A DNA stretch of 64,000 bases from Octopus vulgaris (Eukaryota): assembly GCA_951406725.2 (NCBI GenBank), contig OX597827.1, positions 39,618,001 to 39,682,000 of the forward strand, read 5' to 3'. Position 1 is the stretch's first letter. Every line of letters starts with the position of its first letter. A program made the translations under genes and the position numbers. Below the pieces are notes generated by a model. The model was given only the letters and a program-made list of their open reading frames with translations. It did no database searches and was not told the DNA's origin. Of the stretch, positions 37,221 through 50,850 are shown piece by piece.

Positions 37221-37674
37221 AATTAGACTTAAGTAGAAATTAAATCTTTAAGCCAAATCTTAAGGTTTTATAAGCTGTTTTGTTAGGGATTTCCAATATT
37301 TCTGTCAATCAGTGCATTATCTTTGATATTGTATGTGGTTGGTTTTTTTTATTGTTTCCTTTCTCCCAACTCTCTCTTTCTCTCCCCAAACTCTTATCCC
37401 TTCTTCATCAGCCTTTGGAAATAGGATTAAAAATGAAATTCACAAACAACCGAAGATTTGTGTTGAGAATAAATAAATCCCAAAACTTAAAGAAATTATA
37501 AACTAGTCTTCCTCCATCCACATAATGATTCCTCAATTTTCTCTAGGTACAAAAGTATTTTTTGCATGAGTGGGAGAGCTGTAGCCTCTTTGATGTAAAC
37601 ACTGTAGAGTACTTCAGCTTAAATTGTTAACATAAATATATAGTTAATTTCTGAGTTAAATCACTTAATATAAG

Positions 37675-37894
37675 TTACTCTTTACTCTTTTACTTGTTTC
37701 AGTCATTTGACTGTGGCCATGCTGGAGCACCGCCTTTAGTCGAGCAAATCAACCTCAAGATTTATTCTTTGTAAGCCTAGTACTTATTCTATCTGTTTCT
37801 TTTCCTGAACCGCTAAGTTACGGGGATCTAAACACACCAGCATCGATTGTCAAGTGATGCTGCGGGGACAAACACAGCCACACAAATGTATACG

Positions 37895-37930
<36 letters not shown>

Positions 37931-38095
37931 AATATACATATATACGACAGGCTTCTTTCAGTTTCCGTCTACCAAATCCACTCACAAGGCTTTGGTCAGC
38001 CCGAGGCTATAGTAGAAGATACTTGCCCAAGGTGTCACACAGTGGGACTGAACCCAGAACCATGTAGCTACTTACCACACAGCCACTCCTATGCC
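37675..38095 (-). mobile_element. SINE family B, near full length
   Basis: Reverse complement of the family B unit with internal (CA)/(TA)n. Confidence 0.9.
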
Positions 38096-38776
38096 TATGC
38101 TCATGATTTTTTCTCCATAGTCAGCACCCTGAAGGGAAGTGAAGAGGGGGGGTCAGTAGAATATGTTCTTGTATATACAATTCAAAGGTAAAAAATCTTC
38201 AGTGATGATACAATGAATTATTAGAAGACTTATAAATGTTCTCTTGTCATGCCTTTTCTGACAAAATAGTAACAAATCCCTGTAAATATTTTATAATTCA
38301 TTCATTTCTGGTCTGTCATTTAATTTGTTTTAGTAACTCCCAGTAGAATAGAAAGCAAAGAATTCATTATTTTGCCAGGACAGTTTGAACATAGAACCAC
38401 TAAACACCAAACTAGATGTTACAATGTAGCCGAGATGAGGACACCTTCTACAATCAATGAGGAATAGCAGCCAATCCTCCCTTTAAACAAATTTTATTTT
38501 CTTAAGAAAGGAAGAACATGTTGTCTTAGATCTACTGTCTGAATAAAAGATGGGAGAGTCATAGCTGAAACTTCTTTGGTCAAATGCCTGCAGCATCAGG
38601 CTGGACTTAGGGCTAAATAATAACAGTGATAAACACAGCAAAGATCAATCAGAAAGTAACCAATGCTAGAACATTGTCTTATTCATATTTTTATTGTTTC
38701 ACTTCAGTTTGGATAATGATTTCTTTTGACTAGTATAATAGACAACATTGGTTTGACAGAGTTATCTAGTACTCAT

Positions 38777-39060
38777 GAAGGCACGTGGCCTAGTGGTTAG
38801 AGTGTTGCACTCATGAGATTGTAGGTTTGATTCCCAGACTAAGTAGCACATTGTGTTCTTGAGGAAAACACTTCATTTCATGACACTTGAGTTCGTTCAG
38901 CTGTAAATGGGTAACCCTGCAAAGGATTAGCTTCCAATCAGAGGGAATGTCGACCTGCTCACTTAGCCAGCAGGGTGGCATCATTCAAAAGCTAAAACGA
39001 TACAAAGTGCATTGTGACCAGTGATGTATAACAACATTCAATAGTATGGTCGATCACATG
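38777..39060 (+). mobile_element. SINE family C
   Basis: gaaggcacgtggcctagtggttagagtgttgcactc...ggtttgattccc...ttgtgttcttgagg. Confidence 0.8.
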
Positions 39061-40007
39061 ATCGATTTAACTAATCTAGATGGTATTTGGGAGTTGAACC
39101 TGTACCTGACAGGAAAGAAAATTTAAAAGCATGATGCCAGCCCTCAGTCAAAATCGTCCAACCCATGCTAGCATGGAGAGCGAATGTTAAACGATGATGA
39201 TTATGTAGTCAAGTACTCTACTATCTCTGCCATGTGCACCACCAATATTTAAGATGTAATACTGATCCCTTTTCTGCTTCTTATTTATAGGGGAGAAGAG
39301 GACTAGTCAAAGGGCCAGCAATTTAAGAAGAGGGTTTATAGATAATTGAAACAGAGACTTCGAGTTAACAAGCAAAGAAAACAAAAATGATTTGGACAAG
39401 CAAAATTTGAACTCAGAATGCAGAGAGAAATCAAGAAGACAGTGACTACAGCCCTAACCATTTCCACCAACTCATCACCATCTTTATGATTTATGATTTG
39501 TAATACTGTAATATTCTTTATTTTCTCTTTTAACTTCTTCTTTAGGCATAAGACCATATATTTTATGAGAAAGATGAAATAGATTGTTGTGATATTCCTG
39601 CCTTTCACAAGAACATTAACAGCATAAACGAAGAGGCAGGATTTCAATCAGAGACCAAAATTGCATTGTAGTCTCACTTTGTTTATTTCTTGCTTTAAAG
39701 CATTTATTGTATATTATATGCATATTGCATATTGTGAAAAATACCATTATTGATTATGTTTTCAATGGACCAGTCACTGGCTTTATGGTGGCAAGAATGA
39801 CAAGGAGTGTCTGTGCAATTTGGGAGGAATAACATACAGCAAGGTATTTTTGTTTGAAAGAACTGATTTATCAATTCTTTTCATCACTATATATTATCAT
39901 CATCGTCATTTAACATCCATTCTCCATGCTGGCATGGGTTGGATGGCTTGACTGGGGCTGGATTGGCAGAAGACTTCACCAGGCTTCACTGTCTGTTTCG
40001 GTAGGGT

Positions 40008-40052
<45 letters not shown>

Positions 40053-40054
40053 AT

Positions 40055-40400
40055 CAGCATTCACCATTTTCCTCTCGTTCTGGTCTAACGACCCTCCATG
40101 TTTGTTTTCGTTCGGTTTCCTAGTATATCTCCACTGTCCTGTTTTTGTTCCCAACTTTGACCCTCCATAAATCCTAAATTTTATTTTAGAATTTATGGGA
40201 CCAATTGTCGTTGAATATTCATATTCTCATTGGATGCACGAAATGAGGAGTAGATAGACAGCCGACAACTGATGAAGAGTTGTTTCTCTGTGTTTACTTG
40301 TCCTGTTTCCTATTTTTTTTCTCATTGTTTACATATTTAAATCATTTGTCTATGTATTTCTTATTATTTACACAGTTGGTGACATCCTGTACCCATATAT
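40055..40400 (+). mobile_element. Probable Penelope-like fragment between (TG)n and (TA)n
   Basis: T-rich, CpG-containing insert bounded by microsatellites; CTGATGA at 40269-40275 without an intact GAAA. Confidence 0.3.
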
Positions 40401-40401
40401 G

Positions 40402-40449
<48 letters not shown>

Positions 40450-40959
40450 TAATTGATTTGAACCTTCAAATACTCAGAAAAATGTTTATTACAGATATGT
40501 ATAATACATGATGGGTTTCCATAGTTTCCATCTACCAAATTCGATACACAAGGTTATGATACAAGACACTTGCCCAAGGTGTCATGCAGTGGGAATCAAC
40601 CAGAAAATACATAGCTGTAACAGAAGTTCCTTCATCACAAAGCTGAATCAGTGCCGGCCACCATGTCCATGCACTTTGCAATAATCTATCACATAAGTTC
40701 ATTTCTAACATAGGCACAAGGCTAATATTTATGGTGAGGAAATGTACAATTAATTTAAATGAAACACAAATGGGTGACTAGAAGTCAATTTAAGAGCCCA
40801 GTTCTTAATTGGACCCCATTTCATCAACTTTGGAAGGATGAAATGCAATGTGAGCTACAATGGAATTTGAAGTTAGACCATAAAGAAACTGTACCAAAAT
40901 ACTGTTTGGCATTTAGTTCTACACTTTTCTGATCAACCACCTTACCTATTCTTTTCTTT

Positions 40960-41328
40960 TCTTCTTTTATTTGTTTCAGTCATTTGACTGCGACCATGCT
41001 GGAGCACCACCTTTAATTGAACTAATTGACTCCAGGACTTATTCTTTGTAAGCCTAGTACTTATTCTATCAGTCTCTTTTGCCACACTGCTAAGTTACAG
41101 GGACATAAACATACTAACATCGGTTGTGAAGCAACAGTGGGGGGGGACAAACACAAACATATAATATGATGGGCTTCTTTCAGTTTCCATCTACCAAATC
41201 CACTCACAAAGCTATGGTCGGCCCAAGGCTATAGTAGAAGATACTTGCCCAAGGTGCCACGCAGTGGCACTGAACCCAGAACCATGTAGTTAGGAGGAAA
41301 GCTTCTTACCACACAGCCATGCCTGCAC
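40960..41328 (-). mobile_element. SINE family B
   Basis: Full unit with a short internal spacer. Confidence 0.9.
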
Positions 41329-42540
41329 CTATTATGATGTAATAACATCTTATAGTCCCAGTACAGTAATCTTACAAACAGCAGTAGGATAAACAGAGAA
41401 AATAACTCTGAGAAAGATGACAACTATGATGTTGATGATGAAAATATTGATTAGGCAAGCTGTTACTGTAATCCTGATAGATTGCTGAGATTTTTAAGGC
41501 TTTGAAATATCTTTTACTTTAGTCAGTTGAGATGTTATCAAACCTCTCCATGTGAAAGGATTTTTACTGGAAAAGTAGGGCTTCAATACTAACAAAAAAA
41601 TAAAAATGCTGTTATTACAAATGAAAATAAAATACCAGCTCTTCAACTAATGGATAAATAACAACAACAATGTGTAAGCTGTGAAATGGTTCTCCTCGAG
41701 ATAGGAGTTAGAGAAAATAACATTTGAAATAAAATATAAAAGGCAAACACTCAAATTTCATTTCTACAAGAATGAATTCATTTAATTTGGCAAGAAAAAT
41801 ATCTTTCCAGATTACAGTAAAATCCTGTATAATCACCATTGCTGTAATAATGATAATGATGATTATGATCACTATATTAATATAATGATTATATTGTTAA
41901 TTATAATAAGTTATAAGAGTAGTAGATTAGCAGAATCAAAAAAAAAATTCATCAGACAAAATGACAGTGTTTAGTTTCATTCATTTACAATTTAAGTTCA
42001 AGTCCAGCTGATGTCAACTTTACATTTTATTTTTCTTGGGTCAATAAGTAGTAAGGACAATATAATATAATTGACTGTACCCACCCCACCAAAAATATGT
42101 GGCCATGTGCCTCAGTAATGAATCAATAAATATAAGCTGTATTGTGACAGGCATATCCGTATGGCTGAGAAGTTTACTTTGCAGCTCTGTGGTTCCAGGC
42201 TCAATCCCATAGTGTGACACCATGGGCAAATATCTTCTTTCATAGCTTTGGGTTTGCCAATATTTTATAAGTGAAATTTGGTAAACAGAAACTGTGCACA
42301 AGCACATTGTGTGTGTGTGTGTGTGTTTGCAAATAAATGTAAACAACTTATCATAAAGTAAAAATAGCTAATTCAATGAATTGATAAAGAGAGATTGATA
42401 AAATGCATTCCAGACTAAAAACTGGGTTGATATTATTGACTAAAAACTCTTGAGTTTTTCTCATTACTTTTTTAAAAATATGCTTATTTCATGTTTATAT
42501 TTGCAGTTACACATGCAATGGGTATACATATACTCAAGAG

Positions 42541-42980
42541 TTAGACTGGCATCTGTCAAAAGATTAGACTGGCATCCGTCACATAATTAGACCAGCATCT
42601 GCTGGATAATTAGACTGGCAGCCATCCAATATCAAGCAAGCGCCCATCCTAAATTAGACCGGATCCACTCCAAAACAAGTCTGGCACCTCTCCAAAATTT
42701 AAGCTGCTGTACAACTTCTGAGATCAACAACCATATAGAAAGAAACCTGAATCCATCCAGAATCAATCAAATGTCTTTCAGAATTACATCTACATCCATC
42801 CAGAGTAAGATAGGAATCCTTCCAAAATTAAATTGCCACACCCTCCAAGACAAGACCATACTCCATCCAGGATTTAACTATAACCCTTTCAGAAATAATA
42901 TCAGCACCCTTTCATAAATTTCTTACACATACTTCCAAAATTCAATTAGCAGCTTTCCAAGGTTAGACTGACATTCTATA
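42541..42980. repeat. Decaying ~22-23-bp minisatellite
   Basis: ttagactggcatc(t/c)gtc... units, well preserved on the left and progressively degenerate to the right. Confidence 0.7.
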
Positions 42981-45479
42981 AGACAGAATTCAAGATTACT
43001 TGTTTTGCATTCCATAGATCCAACCGATCAATCAGACTAAACCAGACATTAGAAGACTTTTTTTGAAATCTCCATGTCTGAAGGAACATAAAGATATACA
43101 TGCATGACTGGACATTGTTCAGAAACTAAGAAAAGGGGAGAAAGCAGGGAAGGCACACGGCTATTTGATTAGAAATTAGCTTTTCATAGAGCAATGGAAG
43201 TCAGAAGAAAACAAAAAATAAATACTAACAGTGGTTTCTTATAATCTATGTAAGTAATCATTCTTTATATTGGAACAACAGGAGGGGTATGTACAGCTAA
43301 TTGAATTGAAACCCCTCTCTCCAACATATAACTGATGCTTATTATTATTGACACCAAAAAAGTGACAAGCTGGCCAAATCAGCACATCAGGCGAAATGCA
43401 TAACAGCGTTTCATCCATCTTTATATTCTGAGTTCAAATTCTGTCTGAGTGAACTTTGTCTTTCATCCTAACAGGGTCGATAAAGTAAGTACCAATTGAA
43501 CAGAGGGGTTGATTAAATTAACTTAGCCCCTCCCCACAAGCCTGATAGCTTTGTACCAAAATTTGTAAACATTATTATTGGCTCAAGAGATATGAAATGC
43601 AAAGTTAACTCTCAACAGGATTTGAACAAAATCAGTCAAAATGGGCCTTGGGCAAGTCATTAAACTGAGTTTTATAGTGAGGCTCCAGTTTGGGCATTCA
43701 GGAATTTTGGGTGTAGGGAGTCATTCTTCAGGTCTGCTCTAGCCCAGGGTGGTAATATTTGTCAAAGGCCCTTATTTATGGGTCAAATAGCAGATGATCC
43801 TATGGCTAAGGATTCAAGACTCAAGGAAAGACTGGCCCCTAGATATATGTCACACAGATCCACTAGTGTATGGACATGCCCTGATGACATGTGAACTGGT
43901 CCCCTGGTATTAAGGTTAAGAAGACCCTGTGCCTCAAAGAGAGCAGGAGATTGGCAGAGTAAATTGTATATAAACTGGCAGAGGACAACAGGAAACTATA
44001 GCTGCATCTTATGCAAGAAAAGACCGTGAATCTTCAAACTTTGGCATGGTGACCCATGATTGTTGATGCTTATAAAACAGACAAAGCACACGAAGATAAA
44101 GGGATCAATAAACGTTATTAAATACTTTAATTCACATAGACCAACTCTCTAAGTTTCTGCCATCCACCAACTAATAATAATAATAAAATGATTTTATAAC
44201 ATAAGTACAAAGCCACAAGTTGTTTTTAATTAATCTCAGAACTTGGTCGATGTTTATGTTACTGAACTCAGAAGGATGAAAAGTAAACTGGACTTCACAA
44301 AAAAGTTCAACTCAGAATGTTAAAGGAATATAAATGCTTCAAGGCATTTTGTCCTGTGCTCTACCAACTCTGCCATCCACCACTACCATAACAAGGCCTG
44401 CAATTTTGACATGATGTGGTTAGTTGACAACATCAACCTCAGTACTAGACTGAAGAAAATATCTTGCAGTATTTCATATTTTGAATTGAAATCTCTACAA
44501 AGTCAAGTTTTCCATTCATTGTTCTGGGCTCAGTAGCATTAATAATAAAACCATTTTTATATACCATGGTGTATACTGTAGGTCATGAAATAAGTGGATG
44601 TTTAATGCAGATTAGGTGTAAAATAATCGAAAAAGATCATTGGACAGGTGGTACTGGATTTGATACCAGATCAGATACCTTTAAATATTTAGTTTGTTAT
44701 CCATCCCACAAACTACTGAGGTCAATTAAACTGGTTCCAGGTACAACCTTGTTAATGTTTTATCACCTCCATAAAAATGAAAGTACAAGTTAACCTCTAA
44801 TTATATTTGAACTGTGAAGATAGAAGAAAGAAAAGGCTGAAAATCACACATCTAGATCTAGTAGTGTACAAGGCTAGTGAAACCATTAGAGCATTGAACA
44901 AAATGCTTTCTGGTACCTAAAGTAGAAAAAATTATTATCATCATCATTAAAATATTGAGACTATTTCAAATGATTCATTGAAATTTTGAAGGTAAACTTT
45001 ACCAATGACCACCTCTACCACTAACTGTCATACTACAAAAGCAGTCATGTACATATACTACACACACATTGTATAAATGTATTTGTATGTAACTACACAA
45101 GTTCATATATGCACAAACATTTACAGATACAGTTGCAAATGTAAATGCATATGTGTATGCATACACACAGTAAATTCTTCCAACATATTTATGTCTACTT
45201 ACATATATGTACACACACACACACACACACATATAGTCACTACCATATGTACATGCATAGACTTGTATATATGCAAACAATATACAGACAAGGTAATATT
45301 TTTTGTCATGTATATTCCTTTAGATTGAGAATAACGATGATGATGATGACGAAGATGATGAGGAAGATGCAAATAATGGAGGTGAGTCAGAGGTATTTAA
45401 AGAGGAAACACCTCATTTATTATTTATCACTTAAATTCACCACGTGCCATTTACTGAGCAACAGTGTGAGGCTGTGTAA

Positions 45480-45830
45480 TATCAGCAGCATTTACACCAC
45501 ACAGTAGTCTTGCTGATGGGGCAGTAATAGTCTCGCTGCTGCATAGCAGTAGGTCTCGCCATGCTGCAGCAGTAGACTTTAAGCAGCATTAACTCTATCA
45601 GACAGTGGCTTACAATACAGTGGGAGTGTTTGCCACAATGAAGCAGCAGTATTAATCCAATGCAGCAGCAATGTTTCCGTAAAGCAACAGCAGCAGTAGC
45701 AGCAACAGTGCTACTGCAGCTGCAGTAGTGCTGACTGAAGCAACAGCAGCAGTATTGCCCCAAGCAACAGCAGCAGTGTTTCTACAATGCAGCAGTAGGC
45801 TTGCTGTGTAGTAGTTAGTTAGACAGCATA
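45480..45830. repeat. Degenerate GCAGCAGT-based repeat containing an 18-bp palindrome
   Basis: Recurrent gcagcagt; CTACTGCAGCTGCAGTAG at 45711-45728. Confidence 0.65.
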
Positions 45831-45941
45831 GCTTCATGAGATATCCCATCAGCACTCAACGCAGAACCACATGTGCTGTCACATGGTGAACTACACGTGG
45901 CACTTCATTCGTGTTTCATGTGTTGTCTCACTCAGACTCAC

Positions 45942-45974
45942 TTAGAAATTCTTCATGCAATGTCATGTATAATG
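45942..45974 (-). CDS. Candidate 33-nt exon, phase 1-1 (xLYMTLHEEFLx)
   Basis: TTTCTTCCTTACTCTCTCTTCAG|CATTATACATGACATTGCATGAAGAATTTCTAA|GTGAGT; only the phase-1 frame is open; CTAACTAAC about 120 nt downstream. Confidence 0.5.
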
Positions 45975-46390
45975 CTGAAGAGAGAGTAAGGAAGAAATAC
46001 CTGTTGACCCACACTGAAATGTGTACTGCTCTGTACTGTATCAGTGTAGTGGATAATGGTTTGTTGGGTATGGAGAGGAAAACATTCGGGTAGAAGAGGA
46101 GCTTAGATAGATATGGAAGTGTGTGTGTATGTGTGTGTGTGTTACTTGATGCTGAGTCTTCTCTTCATACTCTGAGCTTCAGGCTTTTGCTTTTTATAGC
46201 ATGAAATACTGTACTCGGAGTAGTGTTATGGTGAAACCTCAGCTTTGTATGAATGAATAAACTCTATTAGATATTTGGAGTACTCTATTTCCCCACCTAT
46301 CCACATTTATGAGTTCAAACAGGGGTGGAGATGGGGGAATAGAGAGTGATGAGCAGTAACAAAGGTAGTGATGGTGGTGAGGATAGCGGT

Positions 46391-46424
<34 letters not shown>

Positions 46425-46431
46425 ATGATGG

Positions 46432-47463
46432 GATTGGAACAAGAGACAAAATGCTTAGTGGCATTTTGTGAGTCTTTGCATTTTGAGTTCAAATCCTGCC
46501 AAGGTTGATCTTGCCTTTCATTCATTCAGGGTTGATGAAATATCTGTTTCTTTATTACACACAAGGGGCTAAACATAGAGGGGACAAACAAGGACAGACA
46601 AACGAATTAAGTCGATTACATCAATCCCAGTGCGTAACTGGTACTTAATTTATCGACCCCGAAAAGATGAAAGGCAAAGTCGACCTCGGTGGAATTTGAA
46701 CTCAGAATGTAACGGCAGACAAAATACGGCTACACATTTTGCCCGGCAAAATAAAGTATCATTTAAGCACTGGGGTCAATGTAATCACCAAGACCCAGCT
46801 TCCCACAAAAGATAATTTCAGGCCTTGTGCTTATAGTAGAAAGGATTAAGCATCCTGGTGCAAAATGCTTAGCAGCATTTCATCCGTTTTTACGTTCTGA
46901 GTTCAAGTTCCACTGAGGTCAACTTTACTTTTCATCTTTTGAGATCAATAAAATACGTACCAGTTGATTGCTGGGGTCAATGTAATTGACTTATCCCTTC
47001 TCCTGAAGTTGCTGGCTTTATGCCAAAATTTGAAACCATTATTATTATTATTAAGATGGTGAACTGGCAGAATCATTAGCACGCTGGGCAAAATGCTTAG
47101 CAGTATTTCGCTTGTCATTACATTTTGAGTTCAAATTCCACTGAGGTCGACTTTGCCTTTCATCTTTCCAGGGTTGATAAATTAAGTACCAGTGACTAGT
47201 TTCAGGTCTTGAGTCTTTAGTACAAAGAGTAGTAGTTATTATTATTATTAAGGCAGTGAACTGGCAGAATCATTAGCACGCTGGACAAAATTCTTAGTGG
47301 CATTTCATCTGTCTTTACATTGTGAGTTCAAATTCTGCCGAGGTCGACTTTGCCTTTCATCTTTGCAGGGTCAATAAATTAAGTACTAGTGGAGTACTCA
47401 GGTCAATGTAATTGACTATCCTCCTCCCCACAAAACCCAGGCCTTGTGCCTATAGTAGAAAAG

Positions 47464-47504
<41 letters not shown>

Positions 47505-48025
47505 GGCAGTGAGCTGGCCAAATCCTTAGCACACTGGGCAGAATGCTTAGCAGCATTTTGTCTGTCTTCACATTCTGAGTTCAAATGCTGTTGAGGTCGA
47601 CTTCATCTTTTATTCTTTCAGGGCTAATAAATTAAGTACCAGTTGAGCATTGGGGTCAAAGTAATCAACTTATCTCCTCCCCAACTATTTCAGGCCTTGT
47701 GCCTATAGTAGAAAGGATTATTATTATTATTATTAAGGCAGTAAGCTGCAGAATCGTTTGCATGCCAGGCAAAATGTTTTGTGGCATTTCGTTTGTCTTA
47801 ACATTGTGAGTTCAAATTCTGCTATGGTCGACTTTGCCTTTCATCCTTTATTATTAAAGCAGTGAGTTGGTAGAATTGTTTAGTGGCTTTACCTTCAACT
47901 CTTTTCATTATGAGTTCAAAACTGCTGAGAGTCAATAAGATAAATACCAGTTGAGGACAGAGAACAATTTAATCGACTAACCCCACTCCCCCATAAAATG
48001 ACTGGCTTTGTACCAAAATCAGAAA
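46432..48025 (+). mobile_element. Largest tandem SINE family A array (about 7 units plus one inverted copy at 46545-46750)
   Basis: Heads at about 46432, 46850, 47052, 47250, 47503, 47735 and 47855, mostly following (TTA)n. Confidence 0.9.
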
Positions 48026-48524
48026 GTATTATTATTATTATTTCGTTGTCGTTGTCATAGTAGTAGTAGTAGTAGTAGTAGTAGTTGTAGTAGTAGTAAC
48101 AGCAGCAGCAGTAGTAGTAGTAGAAGTTATAATGGTGGCAATAGATATAGTAGCATTGCCAAAGCAGTAGAAACAATTTTGGAACCAAGCCAGAAATTAC
48201 CCAACTAACAGAACCAGTGTGTGTGTGTGTGTTTGTGTTGTAGTAATGATAATAGTGATGTTAGTTGGTAATAGCAGTGGGGATAGTGGAGACGGCGCTC
48301 AAGATGATGGTGGTGTTAGTAGTAGTGGTAGTAGTGATAGTGATGATGGTATTGTGGAAATAGGTGGTGATACTAATGAAGGGTGGTGGTGATGGCAGTG
48401 ATGATAGTAGTGTTATGGAGCTGATGATGTAAGCTAGATTTTGTGGTGAGGTAGTGGAAAAAGAAAGAGATAGGTAAGGAGACAGTGAGAGAGAAAGAGA
48501 GAGGGAGGAAGGGAGACAGACTGC

Positions 48525-48525
<1 letters not shown>

Positions 48526-48622
<97 letters not shown>
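48526..48622. repeat. (GATA)n microsatellite
   Basis: Long tagatagata tract. Confidence 0.95.
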
Positions 48623-48623
<1 letters not shown>

Positions 48624-49030
48624 GTTACTCGAGAAAGATGGAAAATAGGAGAGGAGCAAGAGAAGAGATACAAACAAGAAATAGTAAAACAGAAAAGAGA
48701 GAGAAGGATAGGGGAAGATAGATGAGGGGGAAAACAACAGAGGCAGAGAGAGCCTGTAAGGATTGGGTGCCAAAAGAGAGAGAGAGAGAGAAACAAAGAG
48801 AAACATGAGTAAGAAGAAATGGTAAATTAAAAGCTTAATGAAGAGTTAAAAGGTGACCCTTTAGAAGCAAGGAACCCTAATTTACATGCCACCAATTCTC
48901 AGTATCAAATCATTCTAAAAGAGACAAAAGATTAAAGTGTCATGCATAGAGATGATCATATTACATACATGTTATATATATATATACACACACATACACA
49001 TGTACAAATATATATATGTGTGTGTGTGTG

Positions 49031-49280
49031 AAGGCACATGGCTCAGTGGTTAGAGTGCTGAGTTTACGATCGTGAGGTTGTGTGTTTGATTCCCAGACTG
49101 GGCTGCCTGTTGTGTTCTTGAGCAAGACACTTTATTTCATATTGCTCCAGTTAACTCAACTGTAGAAATGAGATGCGACGTTACTGGTGCCAAGCTGTAT
49201 CAGCCTTTGCCTTTCCCTTGGATAACATCAGTGGTGTGGAGAGGGTAGGCTGGTATGCATGGGTGACTGCTAGCCTTCCA
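49031..49280 (+). mobile_element. SINE family C
   Basis: aaggcacatggctcagtggttagag...gtttgattccc...ttgagcaagacacttt. Confidence 0.8.
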
Positions 49281-49299
49281 CAAATATATATATATATTC

Positions 49300-49497
49300 A
49301 AAATGTGACCGCGTGTGTACTATTGGCGATTTTTTTTTCCTCTGTCTTCCCTTCTTTGGATCTTTCCTTCTCCTATGTTTCCAATGAAGAGCTCCGCTCG
49401 AAACGTTAAACCCTCCTTCTTTCCTGAGCGTCCAATAATACTATATTTGTTCTATGTCCTCACGTTGTTGTGTTTTTTTGTGCTTTCTTGTTTAGAT

Positions 49498-49500
<3 letters not shown>
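49300..49500 (+). mobile_element. Penelope-like terminal fragment with hammerhead-like motif
   Basis: GTTT-CCAATGA-A-GAGCtccGCTC-GAAAC-GTT-AAAC at 49377-49411; flanked by (TA)n on both sides. Confidence 0.6.
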
Positions 49501-49538
<38 letters not shown>

Positions 49539-50049
49539 TGAGCAGATTACAAACAAGCCAGAAATACATCTTGAGTTCTAATAGAGGACTCCACTGAGCT
49601 GATAATATTGTATTGACACCTTTTATATCTAAACTATTCTAAAGTTTGTTTATTTTCTATCACTGCTTCATGCTACTACTTGTATGTGTGTGTGTGTGTG
49701 TGTATGCACGCATGCGTGTGTGTTTATACACACACACACACACAGAAGAGGAGAAGAGAGAGTGTGTGTGCATGTGAGTATACATACATGAACATATAGC
49801 CAAATTAGATCAAATAATTAGACAAGTTCCAATTAAGTAAAAGCTAATGTTAAATCATCACCATCATCATCGTTTAATGTCTGCTTTCCATGCTAGCATG
49901 TGTTGGACGATTTGACTGAGGACTGGCGAACCAGATGGCTGCACCAGGCTCCAATTTGATCTGGCAGAGTTTCTACAGCTGGATGCCTTTCCTAATGCCA
50001 ACCACTCTGAGAGTGTAGTAGGTGCTATTATATATAAATTTATTAACTG

Positions 50050-50655
50050 GCACAGGCATAACTGTATGGTATATGAGTTCTGTCCACAACCATGTGGTTA
50101 TTGGCTCAGTTCCACAGCACATCACCTTAGGCAAGTGTCTACTACTATAGCCCTAGGCCAACCAAATCCTTCTGAGTGGATTTGGTAGACAGAAACTGAA
50201 AGAAGCCCATCATATATATGTATGTATTCTTTTATTTGCTTATTCTTTTACTTGTTTCAGTCATTTGACTGCTGTCATACTGGAGCACCATCTTAAAGGG
50301 TTTTAGTCAAAGAAATCAACCCCAGGACCTATTCTTTGTAAGCCTAGTACTTAATCTATTGGTCTCTTTAGCCGAACCACTAAGTTATGGGTACATAAAC
50401 AAACCAGCATCAGTTGTCAAGCAATGGTGGGGGTACAAACACAGACACACACACATAAATACATACATATACACACACATACGCATATATATATATATAC
50501 ACAATGGGCTTCTTTCAGTTTCTATCTACCAAATCCACTCACAAGGCTTTGGTCAGCCTGAGGCTACAGTAGAAGACACTTGCTCAAGGGATGAATCTGG
50601 AACCATGAGGTTGGGGAGCAAGCTTCTTACCACACAGCCAGCCACACCTGTGCCT
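50050..50655. mobile_element. Inverted pair of SINE family B copies (+ 50050-50215; - 50240-50655)
   Basis: gagtggatttggtagacagaaactgaaagaagcccat versus atgggcttctttcagtttctatctaccaaatccactc. Confidence 0.85.
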
Positions 50656-50808
50656 TTATGTATATGTGTGTGTATGTAAGATTTTTCTTTGCAGGACAAG
50701 TTTTCAAGAAAGATTTGAAACATGGGGTGCTGCTTGTATGATGGTAAGGTTCATCACACCATGTCAAGACAAAGAGATACAAACACAGACACACACCAAT
50801 GCTAACAT

Positions 50809-50850
<42 letters not shown>

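Noticed and set aside
45324-45381. Plus-strand 58-nt exon (IENNDDDDDEDDEEDANNG) with tttag / gtgagt
   Set aside because: Mostly a (GAT)n repeat with no partner + strand exons found. Kept as an illustration of the chance rate for exon-like signals.
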